64,000 nt of DNA from Thermoplasmata archaeon (GTDB lineage: Archaea; Thermoplasmatota; Thermoplasmata; Lutacidiplasmatales; UBA184), in NCBI GenBank assembly GCA_035272385.1, contig DATEQS010000045.1, positions 31,111 to 95,110 of the forward strand, written 5' to 3'. Made by a program: the position numbers and the translations under genes. Under the pieces are notes generated by a model. That model ran no database searches. It worked only from the letters and a program-made list of their open reading frames with translations, and had not been told where the DNA came from. This document shows, piece after piece, positions 55,942 to 64,000 of this stretch (the first letter of the stretch is position 1; each line of letters begins with the position of its first letter).

Positions 55942-57654
55942 ATGACCGCGATGCCTTCGGTGGACGGGGAGCGCGTCTGGTTCGGTCGCTACCCTCCCCA
56001 GGTGCCGCGGCATGTGACGATACCGGACCAGTTGCTGACGGAGTTCATCGAAGGCAGCGTGCACCGTTGGCCCGACCGAACCGCGATCATCTACTACGGT
56101 GCGAAGTGGAGTTATCGGGAATTCTGGGACGCGAGTGAGCGCTTCGCCGCCGCGCTCTCCCGAGAAGGGGTGGGACCCGGAGACCGCGTCGCCCTCTACC
56201 TGCCGAACTGTCCCGCCTACCCGATCGCGCTCTTCGCGATCTGGCGACTCGGTGCTACGGTCGTTCAGGTGAGCCCCCTCTACCTGGGCCAGGACCTTTC
56301 CCGTCTGCTCAAGGACGCCGCCCCGAAGGCGGTCGTGACGCTCGAGATCCAGTATCCGAACCTCGCGAAGGTGCGGAGCGAGGTCGCCGTCCCCACGATC
56401 TTCGTGGCGCGACTGCGCGAGTTCTATCCGTGGTACCTCCGGCCGTTCGTCAACAGCGTGCTCCGCAAGCAGAAGCTCCCGACCGACTTCCCCACGGACC
56501 CTTGGGTGCGGCCCTGGAAGAAGGCGCTCGGCACCTCCGGGTCGGTCCCGCTCGCGAAGTCGGACCCCCGAACGACGATCGCGGTGCTCCAGTACACGGG
56601 AGGAACGACCGGTCGTCCGAAGGCCGCGATGCTGACGCACCGCAACCTCGTCGCCAATGTCACCCAGTCGAACTCGTGGAACATTCGGTTGACCCCGGGC
56701 GACGAGGTCGTCATGGCCGCCATTCCGCTGTTCCACATCTACGGACTGACGGTGGCCCTGCTGATGGGGTTCGCCGTGGGAGCGACCGTCGTCCTGCAGA
56801 CCCGACCCGAGATTCGTGAGCTCCTCAAGCTCATCGACCGTTACCAGCCCACCCAGTTTCCGGGCGTGCCCGCACTCTACCAGGCGTTCAACCGCCAGCC
56901 GGACCTCGCGAAGTACAAGGTCCGCTCGATCAAGTACTGCCTCAGCGGCTCGGCTCCTCTTCCGGTCGAAGTGCAACGCCGGTTCGAGGAGCTCACCGGG
57001 GCGAGCGTGGTCGAAGGGTACGGCCTCTCCGAGACCTCCCCCGTCACGCACGTCAATCCGCTATCGGGCGAGCGCCGCGTAGGTTCGGTCGGGGTCCCGC
57101 TCCCCGACACCGACCAGCGAGTGGTCGACCTCGAGACCGGAGCGAAGGTCCTCGGCCCGGAAGAGGTCGGGGAGCTCTCCGTCCTCGGGCCGCAGGTCAT
57201 GCTCGGTTACTATCACCAGCCCGAGGAGACCGCCGCCGTGCTGAAGGACGGATGGTTCCGAACCGGCGACATCGCCCGAATCGATGCGGACGGCTTCGCC
57301 TACATCGTCGACCGCAAGAAGGACATGGTCAACGTGGGCGGGATGAAGGTCTACCCGCGCGAAGTCGAGGAGGTCCTTTTCCAACATCCCGCGGTGGCGG
57401 ACGTGGCGGTGGTCGGGGGTCCCGACCCCGAACGGGGCGAGTCGGTGGTCGCCTTCGTCGTGCGGAAACCCGGCGTCGCCGTGACGGCGGACGAGCTCAT
57501 CGCCTTCGTTCGGGACCGGATCGCCCACTACAAGGCTCCGCACCGCGTCGAATTCCGCGAGCAGCTGCCGCGCAGCGGGGTCCAGAAGGTGCTGCGGCGC
57601 GTGCTGCGCGAAGAAGCAGCGGCCCTGCCTCCGCCGTCCGCGCCGAAGAACTGA
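55942..57654 (+). CDS. long-chain/medium-chain fatty acid--CoA ligase (AMP-binding)
   Basis: AMP-binding motif LQYTGGTTGRPKAAMLTH, plus EGYGLSETS and TGDIARIDADGFAYIVDRKKDM. AGGAGG lies before the ATG. Confidence 0.92.
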   Translation: MTAMPSVDGERVWFGRYPPQVPRHVTIPDQLLTEFIEGSVHRWPDRTAIIYYGAKWSYREFWDASERFAAALSREGVGPGDRVALYLPNCPAYPIALFAIWRLGATVVQVSPLYLGQDLSRLLKDAAPKAVVTLEIQYPNLAKVRSEVAVPTIFVARLREFYPWYLRPFVNSVLRKQKLPTDFPTDPWVRPWKKALGTSGSVPLAKSDPRTTIAVLQYTGGTTGRPKAAMLTHRNLVANVTQSNSWNIRLTPGDEVVMAAIPLFHIYGLTVALLMGFAVGATVVLQTRPEIRELLKLIDRYQPTQFPGVPALYQAFNRQPDLAKYKVRSIKYCLSGSAPLPVEVQRRFEELTGASVVEGYGLSETSPVTHVNPLSGERRVGSVGVPLPDTDQRVVDLETGAKVLGPEEVGELSVLGPQVMLGYYHQPEETAAVLKDGWFRTGDIARIDADGFAYIVDRKKDMVNVGGMKVYPREVEEVLFQHPAVADVAVVGGPDPERGESVVAFVVRKPGVAVTADELIAFVRDRIAHYKAPHRVEFREQLPRSGVQKVLRRVLREEAAALPPPSAPKN

Positions 57655-57660
57655 GGGCTC

Positions 57661-58854
57661 CTAGAGCCCCCGCGTCAACAGGTCGCGCGAGATGACGAGC
57701 CGCTGGATCTCGTTGGTCCCCTCGTAGATCGCGGCGATCCGGGCGTCGCGGTACGCTCGTTCGATCGGAGTGCCGCGGATGTACCCGAGGCCTCCGTGGA
57801 TCTGGAGCGCCTCGTCGATGACCTCGCTCGCCCACTCGGAACCGAGGCACTTCACGATCGCGGCCTCCCGCGTCTTCACCACCCGTTCGAGCCGGCTCCA
57901 CGCCTTGGGGTCGGTGCCCATGCGGTCCTGGTGCTGCGCGGCCTGGTAGACCATGAGGCGGAGGGCATGGATCTTCATCGCCATGTCGGCGAGCTTGAAC
58001 TGGATCACCTCGTACTCGCTGATCGGGAGTCCGAACTGCGTTCGGTTCTTCGAGAACTCGATCGCTTGATGGCAGGCGGCCTGCATTCCCCCCAGCGCTC
58101 CGGCGCCGAGCGATACGCGGCCCACGTCGAGCGCGGTCATCGCCACGTGGAACCCCTTCCCGACCTCGCCGAGGACGCAGTCGGGTCCGACTCGGACATG
58201 GTCGAGAATGAGCTCCGCGGTCGAGGTACCGTGGAGACCCATCTTCTTCTCGCAACGTCCGACAGAGAAACCCGATAGTTTCGAGTCGATAACGAACGCC
58301 GTGACACCTCCGTTCGGTCCGAGCTTGACGTCGTTGCCCGCGAGAAGGATGATCGAATCGGCTTCGCGGCCGTTCGTCACGTAGATCTTGTTGCCCGTGA
58401 TGACCCAGTCGGTCCCGTCCTTTTCTGCCACAGTGTGGACGGCGCCCGAATCACTGCCCGAACCGGGCTCGGTGAGACTGAACGCGAGGAGCTTCTCTCC
58501 TTTCGCCGCCGGCGCGAGCCAGCGCTTCTTCTGTTCCTCGGTTCCGTAGTAGAGCAGCGGGGTCGTGCCGAGCGACGTGTGCGCCCCGACGATCGTTCCG
58601 TGCGAGGCGTCGACTTTCCCGAGCTCCTCGAGGAAGATGCAGTAGCCGACCTTCCCGAGGCCGAGACCGCCGTACTCCTCGGGAACGGGGATCCCGAAAT
58701 ACCCCTCCTCCTGCATTCGACGGACGCTCGCGCGGGGAAACTCCTCTTTCTCGTCCATCTCCGCGACGATCGGCGTAACCTCCTTCGCGAGGAACGACCG
58801 TGCCGCGGACCGGAACGCCTCTTGATCCGGCGTGAACTCGAACTCGATCGCCAT
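57661..58854 (-). CDS. acyl-CoA dehydrogenase
   Basis: LAFSLTEPGSGSD, ITGNKIYVTNG, QIHGGLGY and YEGTNEIQRLVI. Confidence 0.93.
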   Translation of the reverse strand: MAIEFEFTPDQEAFRSAARSFLAKEVTPIVAEMDEKEEFPRASVRRMQEEGYFGIPVPEEYGGLGLGKVGYCIFLEELGKVDASHGTIVGAHTSLGTTPLLYYGTEEQKKRWLAPAAKGEKLLAFSLTEPGSGSDSGAVHTVAEKDGTDWVITGNKIYVTNGREADSIILLAGNDVKLGPNGGVTAFVIDSKLSGFSVGRCEKKMGLHGTSTAELILDHVRVGPDCVLGEVGKGFHVAMTALDVGRVSLGAGALGGMQAACHQAIEFSKNRTQFGLPISEYEVIQFKLADMAMKIHALRLMVYQAAQHQDRMGTDPKAWSRLERVVKTREAAIVKCLGSEWASEVIDEALQIHGGLGYIRGTPIERAYRDARIAAIYEGTNEIQRLVISRDLLTRGL

Positions 58855-58860
58855 CGGTCG

Positions 58861-59646
58861 TCACGCCCCCTTGAACTTCGGGGGTCGCCGTTCCACGAAC
58901 GCGAGGATTCCTTCTCCGAGGTCGTCGCTTGTCAGCACCTCGGTCTCGAAAAGCTTCGTCTCCCCCTCGATTCCCTGAGCCAGTGGGAGCTGGAGCCCCT
59001 CTACGATCGCGCGTTTCGCGGCTTGGACGGCTCGAGGGGCCTTCTGGGCGATCGTATGGGCCATATCCCTCGCCGCACGAAGCTCCTGGCCCGCGGGTAC
59101 GGTCCGGTTCACGAGCCCGATCCGCAGCGCTTCCGCAGCGGAGATCATCGCCCCCGTGAAAATGAGCTCCTTCGCCTTCGGGACTCCGATGAGGCGGGGG
59201 AGGCGCTGCGTCCCGCCGTACGCCGGCATGAGCCCGTAGTTCACTTCCGGGGCGCCCAGCTTCGCCGACTCTCCGGCGATTCGAAGGTCGCACGCGAGCG
59301 CGAGCTCGAGGCCCCCACCGAGCGCGAGGCCGTTGATCGCGGCGATCACCGGGGGTCGAAGGCTCGCGATCCGGTGGAACAACGCGTGACCCTTACGAAC
59401 CAGATCGGGGGCGTTCGCGAGATCGAGGGTTGCCATTTCCTTGAGGTCGGCCCCGGCGCTGAAGTACTGCCCATCGCCCGTGAGGATCACCGCTCGTGCC
59501 TTCGGGTCAGCGGCGATCTCGTCCACTTGGTGGGAGAGCGCGGCTAGGAGCGCCGTGCTGAGGGCGTTCACGGGAGGGTTCTTCAGGGTCAGGATCTCGA
59601 CGCCGTCCTCGTCGTTCTTGCGACCGACCAGCTCGACTTCGGACAC
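58861..59646 (-). CDS. enoyl-CoA hydratase/isomerase (crotonase)
   Basis: FSAGADLKEM, IAAINGLALGGGLELALACD and PEVNYGLMP. Confidence 0.92.
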   Translation of the reverse strand: MSEVELVGRKNDEDGVEILTLKNPPVNALSTALLAALSHQVDEIAADPKARAVILTGDGQYFSAGADLKEMATLDLANAPDLVRKGHALFHRIASLRPPVIAAINGLALGGGLELALACDLRIAGESAKLGAPEVNYGLMPAYGGTQRLPRLIGVPKAKELIFTGAMISAAEALRIGLVNRTVPAGQELRAARDMAHTIAQKAPRAVQAAKRAIVEGLQLPLAQGIEGETKLFETEVLTSDDLGEGILAFVERRPPKFKGA

Positions 59647-59764
59647 GGTCCACCTACGAGGCGACGAACCCCCGGCGGGTTCATAATAGGTCCTCTGTCG
59701 GGACCGCTGCCGCGCGGGACATCCTCGGCGTTTACGGTAAGTAAGAGGGCTGCGTGGAGCGCGC

Positions 59765-60946
59765 GTGCCCTCCCGGGAACTTCTGTCGCTCTCCCTCTAC
59801 TCGCTGCTGGCGAGCAACCGGGGCGGGCTGTTCATCGTCTTTCTTCCCCTGTACTTGGTCGAGGTGAAGGGCGCGTCCCTTCCCGCCGCCCTCACGATCC
59901 TGACCCTGGCCTGGTTGCCGGCGAGCCTCATCGGACCCTGGATGGGCCGGCTGTCAGACCGGGCCGGTCGACGCAAACCATTCCTGCTCATCGGTGAGGC
60001 CCTCGCGTTCCCTCTGTTCCTCTCCATCGTCTTCGCTCCGGGCTATGTGATCGCCGGCGCGCTCTTCATCGCGGCCCAGCTCGCGCTCGCGATCGGGGGT
60101 CCGGCGTACAATGCGTTCGTGGCCGACGTGACTCGGACCAACGAGCGTGGAGAGGGCTACGGCCTGCTGAACGCGACCTCGAATGCGGGAGCCGTGGTCG
60201 GGTTCGTCCTCGCGGGCCTAGTGACCTACTGGTACGGTCTGCAGGCGCTGTTCCCGTTCGTCGTCGTCATGATGATCGGCACGCTCTCCGTCGTCCTGTT
60301 CCTCGTGCCGGACATACGGATCCAGGTCTCGCGCGAGCGACGGCCCCTGCGAGAGATGCGGAACGTCGTCAACTTCTCCTTCGCGGTATCGATCCGCGCG
60401 ATCGGTTCGGGCGCCGTCGCCGCGTTCTACGGATTTCTCGCCGCCAGTCTCGGCGCAAACAATCTCGAGGTGAGCGTCGTCGCCATCGCCGGCCTCATCA
60501 CGGGAGCGGTGACCGGGTTGCCGCTGGGTCGAGCCATCGACCGGTTCGGAGAGATCCGAGGGATCTGGTACGGGACGGTGCTCACCCTCGCCTCGTACGG
60601 AATATTCATGTTCTCGGCGACGTGGGAGGAGACGATCCCCGCCCAAGCGGTGCGCAACGGCGGGCTCTCGTTCCTCGGTCCCGGCATGAACGCGTGGGTC
60701 GCACGGATGGCCCCCGCGGGGCAGCGGGCGGAGTATCTCGGCGTGTTCTCGCTCATCAATTCCTCCTTGTGGAGCGTCGGACCTCTCGTGGGGGCGATCG
60801 CGATCGAGCTCTACGGATACTTCGGCCTCTTTGTCATGGCGATCGGCACGACCGTGATCTCGCTCGTGGTGATGGAGTTCCTGTACGGCGAGATGGGAAT
60901 CCGGGCCCGCCTCCAGCGCGCTCCGGCCGAGGCCACCGCCGTCTAG
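59765..60946 (+). CDS. MFS transporter
   Basis: 12-TM-like profile with the loop GRLSDRAGRRKP. GTG start. Confidence 0.8.
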   Translation: MPSRELLSLSLYSLLASNRGGLFIVFLPLYLVEVKGASLPAALTILTLAWLPASLIGPWMGRLSDRAGRRKPFLLIGEALAFPLFLSIVFAPGYVIAGALFIAAQLALAIGGPAYNAFVADVTRTNERGEGYGLLNATSNAGAVVGFVLAGLVTYWYGLQALFPFVVVMMIGTLSVVLFLVPDIRIQVSRERRPLREMRNVVNFSFAVSIRAIGSGAVAAFYGFLAASLGANNLEVSVVAIAGLITGAVTGLPLGRAIDRFGEIRGIWYGTVLTLASYGIFMFSATWEETIPAQAVRNGGLSFLGPGMNAWVARMAPAGQRAEYLGVFSLINSSLWSVGPLVGAIAIELYGYFGLFVMAIGTTVISLVVMEFLYGEMGIRARLQRAPAEATAV

Positions 60947-60994
60947 GGCGGTGCCCGAAGGCACCGTCTTATAGCGCACGGCCGTCCGAGGGTC

Positions 60995-61870
60995 GTGCAA
61001 CGGCCGACCACCTTCGCGGACGCGAGCGCGTCGTACGACGACGCCGAGTTCGTCATCGTCGGAGTGCCGTTCGACCGGACGACCTCGTTTCGCCCCGGGG
61101 CGCGTTTCGGCCCGGATTCGATCCGGATGCATTCGTGGAACTTCGAATCGTTCGACCTCGAGACCGGGGTCGACCTCTCCGAGGTTCCGGTCCACGATCT
61201 CGGCAACACTGAGGAGTTCGGCAGTTCGGAGGACATGGCGAACTCGCTCCGGGAAGAGATTCGCCCGCTCTTCGCCGCGGGAAAGGTCCCGATCGTCCTC
61301 GGTGGGGACCACGCGTGTTCGCCTCCGGTCGTCGAGGCGTACCCCGATTCGGCTCCCGGCGTCGGAGTGCTCTACCTGGACGCGCACATGGATTTCCGCG
61401 AGAGCTACCTCGGCGACCGACGCAGTCACGGATGCTCGTCCCGCCGGATCCTCGAGAAGGTCGGCGCCCGGAATATCGTCGTGCTCGGGGTGCGTTCGGT
61501 CTCCCGACAGGAGATGGACGACAATCGCACGATCGGAATGTCCTACGTGACGGCCGCCGACATCGCGCGGGACGGGATCGAGGCTGCGGTCCACCAGGCG
61601 CTCAACATGCTCAAGACCGAGCGCATCTACATCTCGCTCGACATCGACGCGATCGATCCCGCGTTCGCGGGCGCGACGGGAACCCCCGAACCGTTCGGAC
61701 TCACCCCGCGCGACGTGAAGTACGTCATCGGACAGGCCGCTCCGCGGCTCGCGGGGCTTGACATCATGGAGGTCAGCCCCCACTACGATTCGGGGAACAC
61801 GAGCCTCCTCGCGGCTCGGTTGGCGCGCGAGGCGATCGTCCGGAGCGTCGCCGCGCGCAAGGGTCGGTAG
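60995..61870 (+). CDS. speB: agmatinase (ureohydrolase family)
   Basis: GVPFDRTTSFRPGARFGP, GGDHAC, LDAHMDF, SLDIDAIDP and MEVSP Mn-ligand blocks. Confidence 0.9.
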   Translation: MQRPTTFADASASYDDAEFVIVGVPFDRTTSFRPGARFGPDSIRMHSWNFESFDLETGVDLSEVPVHDLGNTEEFGSSEDMANSLREEIRPLFAAGKVPIVLGGDHACSPPVVEAYPDSAPGVGVLYLDAHMDFRESYLGDRRSHGCSSRRILEKVGARNIVVLGVRSVSRQEMDDNRTIGMSYVTAADIARDGIEAAVHQALNMLKTERIYISLDIDAIDPAFAGATGTPEPFGLTPRDVKYVIGQAAPRLAGLDIMEVSPHYDSGNTSLLAARLAREAIVRSVAARKGR

Positions 61871-61883
61871 GGCCGTTCGGACG

Positions 61884-62537
61884 ATGCCCCCAGAACCGGA
61901 AGAAGGACCGACCGTCTCCCGCGGGGCCGAAGCCTCGCTCCGCAAGGTCGACTGGTGGGGCTTTCCCGCTCTCCTCAAGGAACGGGACCTCAAGACCTAC
62001 CGTCCGAAGGCGCTCGACGAGCGGATCCGACGGGAGAGAACCCGGAATGAGGCCCGCTTGTTGGTCGACGCACGACGCCTGGGAATCCGGACTCCGATGA
62101 TCTACGATATCGACCTTCCGCGCTACCGGCTCATTCTCGAAGAGCTTCCCGGCCCGACCCTTCGCCAGTTGCTGGAGGACCCGAACCTTCCGCCGGACGA
62201 CCTGCCGGTCGCGCTCCGCGCCTTCGGTCGCGCCCTGGGGGTTCTCCACGCGGGGTCGATCGCCCACGGGGACCTCACGAGCTCGAACGTTTTGTTCCCG
62301 CAGGGACCTCACGGTCCGCCCGCGTTCCTGGACCTCTCCATGGGAACGCGGAGCCCGGGGGTCGAGGAGCTGGGGATCGACCTCCACCTGGTGGAGGAGG
62401 ACCTGAAGGCCCTGAGCCCGAGGTCCGAAACTCTCCTCCGGGTCTTCCACGAAGGCTACGCGGAGGGGAATCCGGTCGGGGCGAAGGACGTCCGGGCGCG
62501 GGCGAAGGTCATTCGGGGCCGGGTCCGCTACGCCTGA
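61884..62537 (+). CDS. bud32: Kae1-associated kinase Bud32 (KEOPS component)
   Basis: GAEASL..., RTRNEARLL, catalytic HGDLTSSN and DLSMG. ATG verified at 61884. Confidence 0.85.
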   Translation: MPPEPEEGPTVSRGAEASLRKVDWWGFPALLKERDLKTYRPKALDERIRRERTRNEARLLVDARRLGIRTPMIYDIDLPRYRLILEELPGPTLRQLLEDPNLPPDDLPVALRAFGRALGVLHAGSIAHGDLTSSNVLFPQGPHGPPAFLDLSMGTRSPGVEELGIDLHLVEEDLKALSPRSETLLRVFHEGYAEGNPVGAKDVRARAKVIRGRVRYA

Positions 62538-62552
62538 GGCGCCGGAACCGTA

Positions 62553-64000
62553 CTAGGCCGACCGCTCGATGCGCTGAAGGCCGACGACGAGCGCCGCGGG
62601 AAGTTCTTCGATCACGTCGGTTGCGACGATCCCGAAGCCGCGATGGGCGGCGGTTCGCAGTCCGGCCTCGCCTGTCCAGAACGTGGCCAGCCGGGCAGCG
62701 TGGAACGGATGCACTCCCTGGGCGAGGAGGCTCCCGAGGACGCCGGCGAGCACGTCTCCGACCCCCCCGACGGTCATCGCGAGGTGGTGGTGCAGGTTGC
62801 CGATCGTGGTCTCTCCGTCCGTGATGAGGTCCGGCGCGCCTTTGACGACAAGCGTGAGTCTCCTCTCGTGGGCGACCCGCTCGGCAAAGGCGCTTCGCTC
62901 TTCGAACGACCCCGCCGCCGGGCCGTGAAAGACTCGCTCGAACTCGCCGCGGTTGGGGGTAACGATCAGACCCGCGGGCGCCGGGCGGTCGGCGTCGACG
63001 GCCGTCGAAGTAAGGGCCGCCAGGCCGTCCGCATCCACCACGAGGGGAGTATCGGCAGCGAGGGCGGCGATCACCGCACGGAGGGCTTCCGTGGTTTCGG
63101 GATGAGCGCCGGCTCCCATGCCCAGAACGACCGCGCCGGGCGGAGCGGAGCGAATGATCTCGAGGATTGCGGGCACGTCGGCGGGTCGGAAGCGGTCCGA
63201 GCCGACCGGCCAGACGATCAGGTTCGGGCTGAACGAACGGATCGGTCCGGCCGCGACCTCGGGCGTGATGACGGTAGCTCGTTCGGCGCCCGAACGCATC
63301 GCCGCGAGCGCGGCCAGGCCCGGCGCTCCCGTGTACGGGCCTCCCCCGATCACGAGCAATCGGCCGTTGCGGCCGCGGGGCTCTTTCGGAACCGGAAAGA
63401 ACAGGAACTCGCCCGGACCCGTTTGTCGCCAAGCGTTGGGAGGGATCCCAATGTCCCGGACCGTGAGCTCTCCGACCTTCCCCTCTTCCATCTCCTCCTT
63501 GCGGATCGTGAAGGTGACCGTCCAGGACGGGCGCAGTCCGTCCGGGTCGAGGATCCCGGTCGGCACGTCGAGCGACAAGACCGGGGCCCCGCTCGCCCGG
63601 ATCGCGGCGACCGCCTCTCGAACCGGGGCGCGAAGCCGTCCGGATTGGCCGGTGCCGAGCATCGCGTCGACGATGAGCGGCATCGTCGCGAGGTCCTCCG
63701 GCCGAGGCACGCCGATCCGGACGGGCACCCGGTTCTTGACACGGTCAAAGCACCGTTGGGCCGCCCGGGACCGGATCTCTGCCGGGGGCCGCACGAGCCA
63801 GATCTCGGGCGAATACCCCCACTGTTGCAGGTAGAACGTCGCGCAAGTACCGTCTCCGCCGTTGTTCCCGGTGCCCGCGATGACGGCGACGCGTCCGGGC
63901 GGCGACGGGAGGTGTCGGGTCGCCTCCTCGGCGGAGGCGCGGCCCGCGTTCTCCATCAACGCGTCGATTGTGACGCCGAGAGCGACCGTGTTCTGCTCGA
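62553..64000 (-). CDS. nnr: bifunctional NAD(P)H-hydrate repair enzyme Nnr (epimerase + ADP-dependent dehydratase), 5' end beyond the window
   Basis: LMENAG, GTGNNGGDG (YjeF-N), and C-terminal GGVGDVLAG kinase-like motifs. The frame is open to the window end. Confidence 0.88.
   Translation of the reverse strand, partial: EQNTVALGVTIDALMENAGRASAEEATRHLPSPPGRVAVIAGTGNNGGDGTCATFYLQQWGYSPEIWLVRPPAEIRSRAAQRCFDRVKNRVPVRIGVPRPEDLATMPLIVDAMLGTGQSGRLRAPVREAVAAIRASGAPVLSLDVPTGILDPDGLRPSWTVTFTIRKEEMEEGKVGELTVRDIGIPPNAWRQTGPGEFLFFPVPKEPRGRNGRLLVIGGGPYTGAPGLAALAAMRSGAERATVITPEVAAGPIRSFSPNLIVWPVGSDRFRPADVPAILEIIRSAPPGAVVLGMGAGAHPETTEALRAVIAALAADTPLVVDADGLAALTSTAVDADRPAPAGLIVTPNRGEFERVFHGPAAGSFEERSAFAERVAHERRLTLVVKGAPDLITDGETTIGNLHHHLAMTVGGVGDVLAGVLGSLLAQGVHPFHAARLATFWTGEAGLRTAAHRGFGIVATDVIEELPAALVVGLQRIERSA

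Noticed and set aside
54199-57051. Long minus-strand ORFs (451 aa and 373 aa) opposite the thiolase and acyl-CoA ligase genes
   Set aside because: They are antisense to genes with strong family motifs. The composition (RRGDDGGGEVGLHGD...) is not protein-like.
60218-61993. 591-aa minus-strand ORF opposite the MFS and agmatinase genes
   Set aside because: It is antisense to two well-supported genes and crosses their intergenic gap. It has no motifs.
1-64000. CRISPR arrays, rRNA genes, transposases or IS elements, and known defence systems
   Set aside because: Reading the intergenic regions showed no regularly spaced repeats other than the 2 x 12-nt tbp promoter repeat. No ORF carries Cas, transposase, restriction-modification or similar motifs that I recognise.

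Overview
This is a high-GC (roughly 62-70% by eye) archaeal chromosomal segment. Archaeal hallmarks are TATA-binding protein, Orc1/Cdc6, a class-I CCA-adding enzyme, archaeal GluRS, RNase P protein Rpp21, Tsr3, Bud32, HTH_10 (Bat-type) regulators and a tRNA intron with a bulge-helix-bulge (BHB) motif. Protein composition is Arg-rich rather than acidic, and a heme-copper oxidase is present, so a non-halophilic aerobic euryarchaeote or Thermoplasmatota-like organism is plausible. That placement is inference only.

I call about 70 densely packed protein genes and 3 tRNAs: Ala-CGC, Gln-CUG with a T-loop intron, and Leu-CAA. I saw no rRNA, CRISPR array, transposase or integrase.

Gene content is mostly housekeeping and metabolism:
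- two dTMP kinase paralogues
- a peptidase and detoxification neighbourhood (DUF885, S9 peptidase, GGT, several VOC proteins, OsmC, CDGSH, quinone oxidoreductase)
- a Pat-like fusion of an ADP-forming acyl-CoA synthetase with a GNAT acetyltransferase
- an ABC system with a duplicated permease
- a fused heme-copper oxidase
- FBA-Tsr3 and gltX operons
- amt
- a tatD-tmk-cdc6-lipA operon, followed by tbp
- a beta-oxidation-like cluster
- agmatinase, Bud32 and Nnr

The most unusual items are:
1. a U32-family protein divergent from a stand-alone chorismate mutase, which could be a prephenate-dependent hydroxylation module;
2. a Cys-free heme-copper oxidase with subunits I and II fused, no CuA ligands and an extra C-terminal domain;
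3. a perfect hBHBh' intron at position 59/60 of tRNA-Gln;
4. a lower-GC orphan-gene islet between tRNA-Leu and amt;
5. a tandemly duplicated TATA element upstream of tbp.

All functional calls come from motif and family recognition by eye. No database search was run. Many start codons are uncertain because the ORF track reports the longest ATG/GTG/TTG ORFs, and the GC-rich DNA produces many long spurious ORFs.
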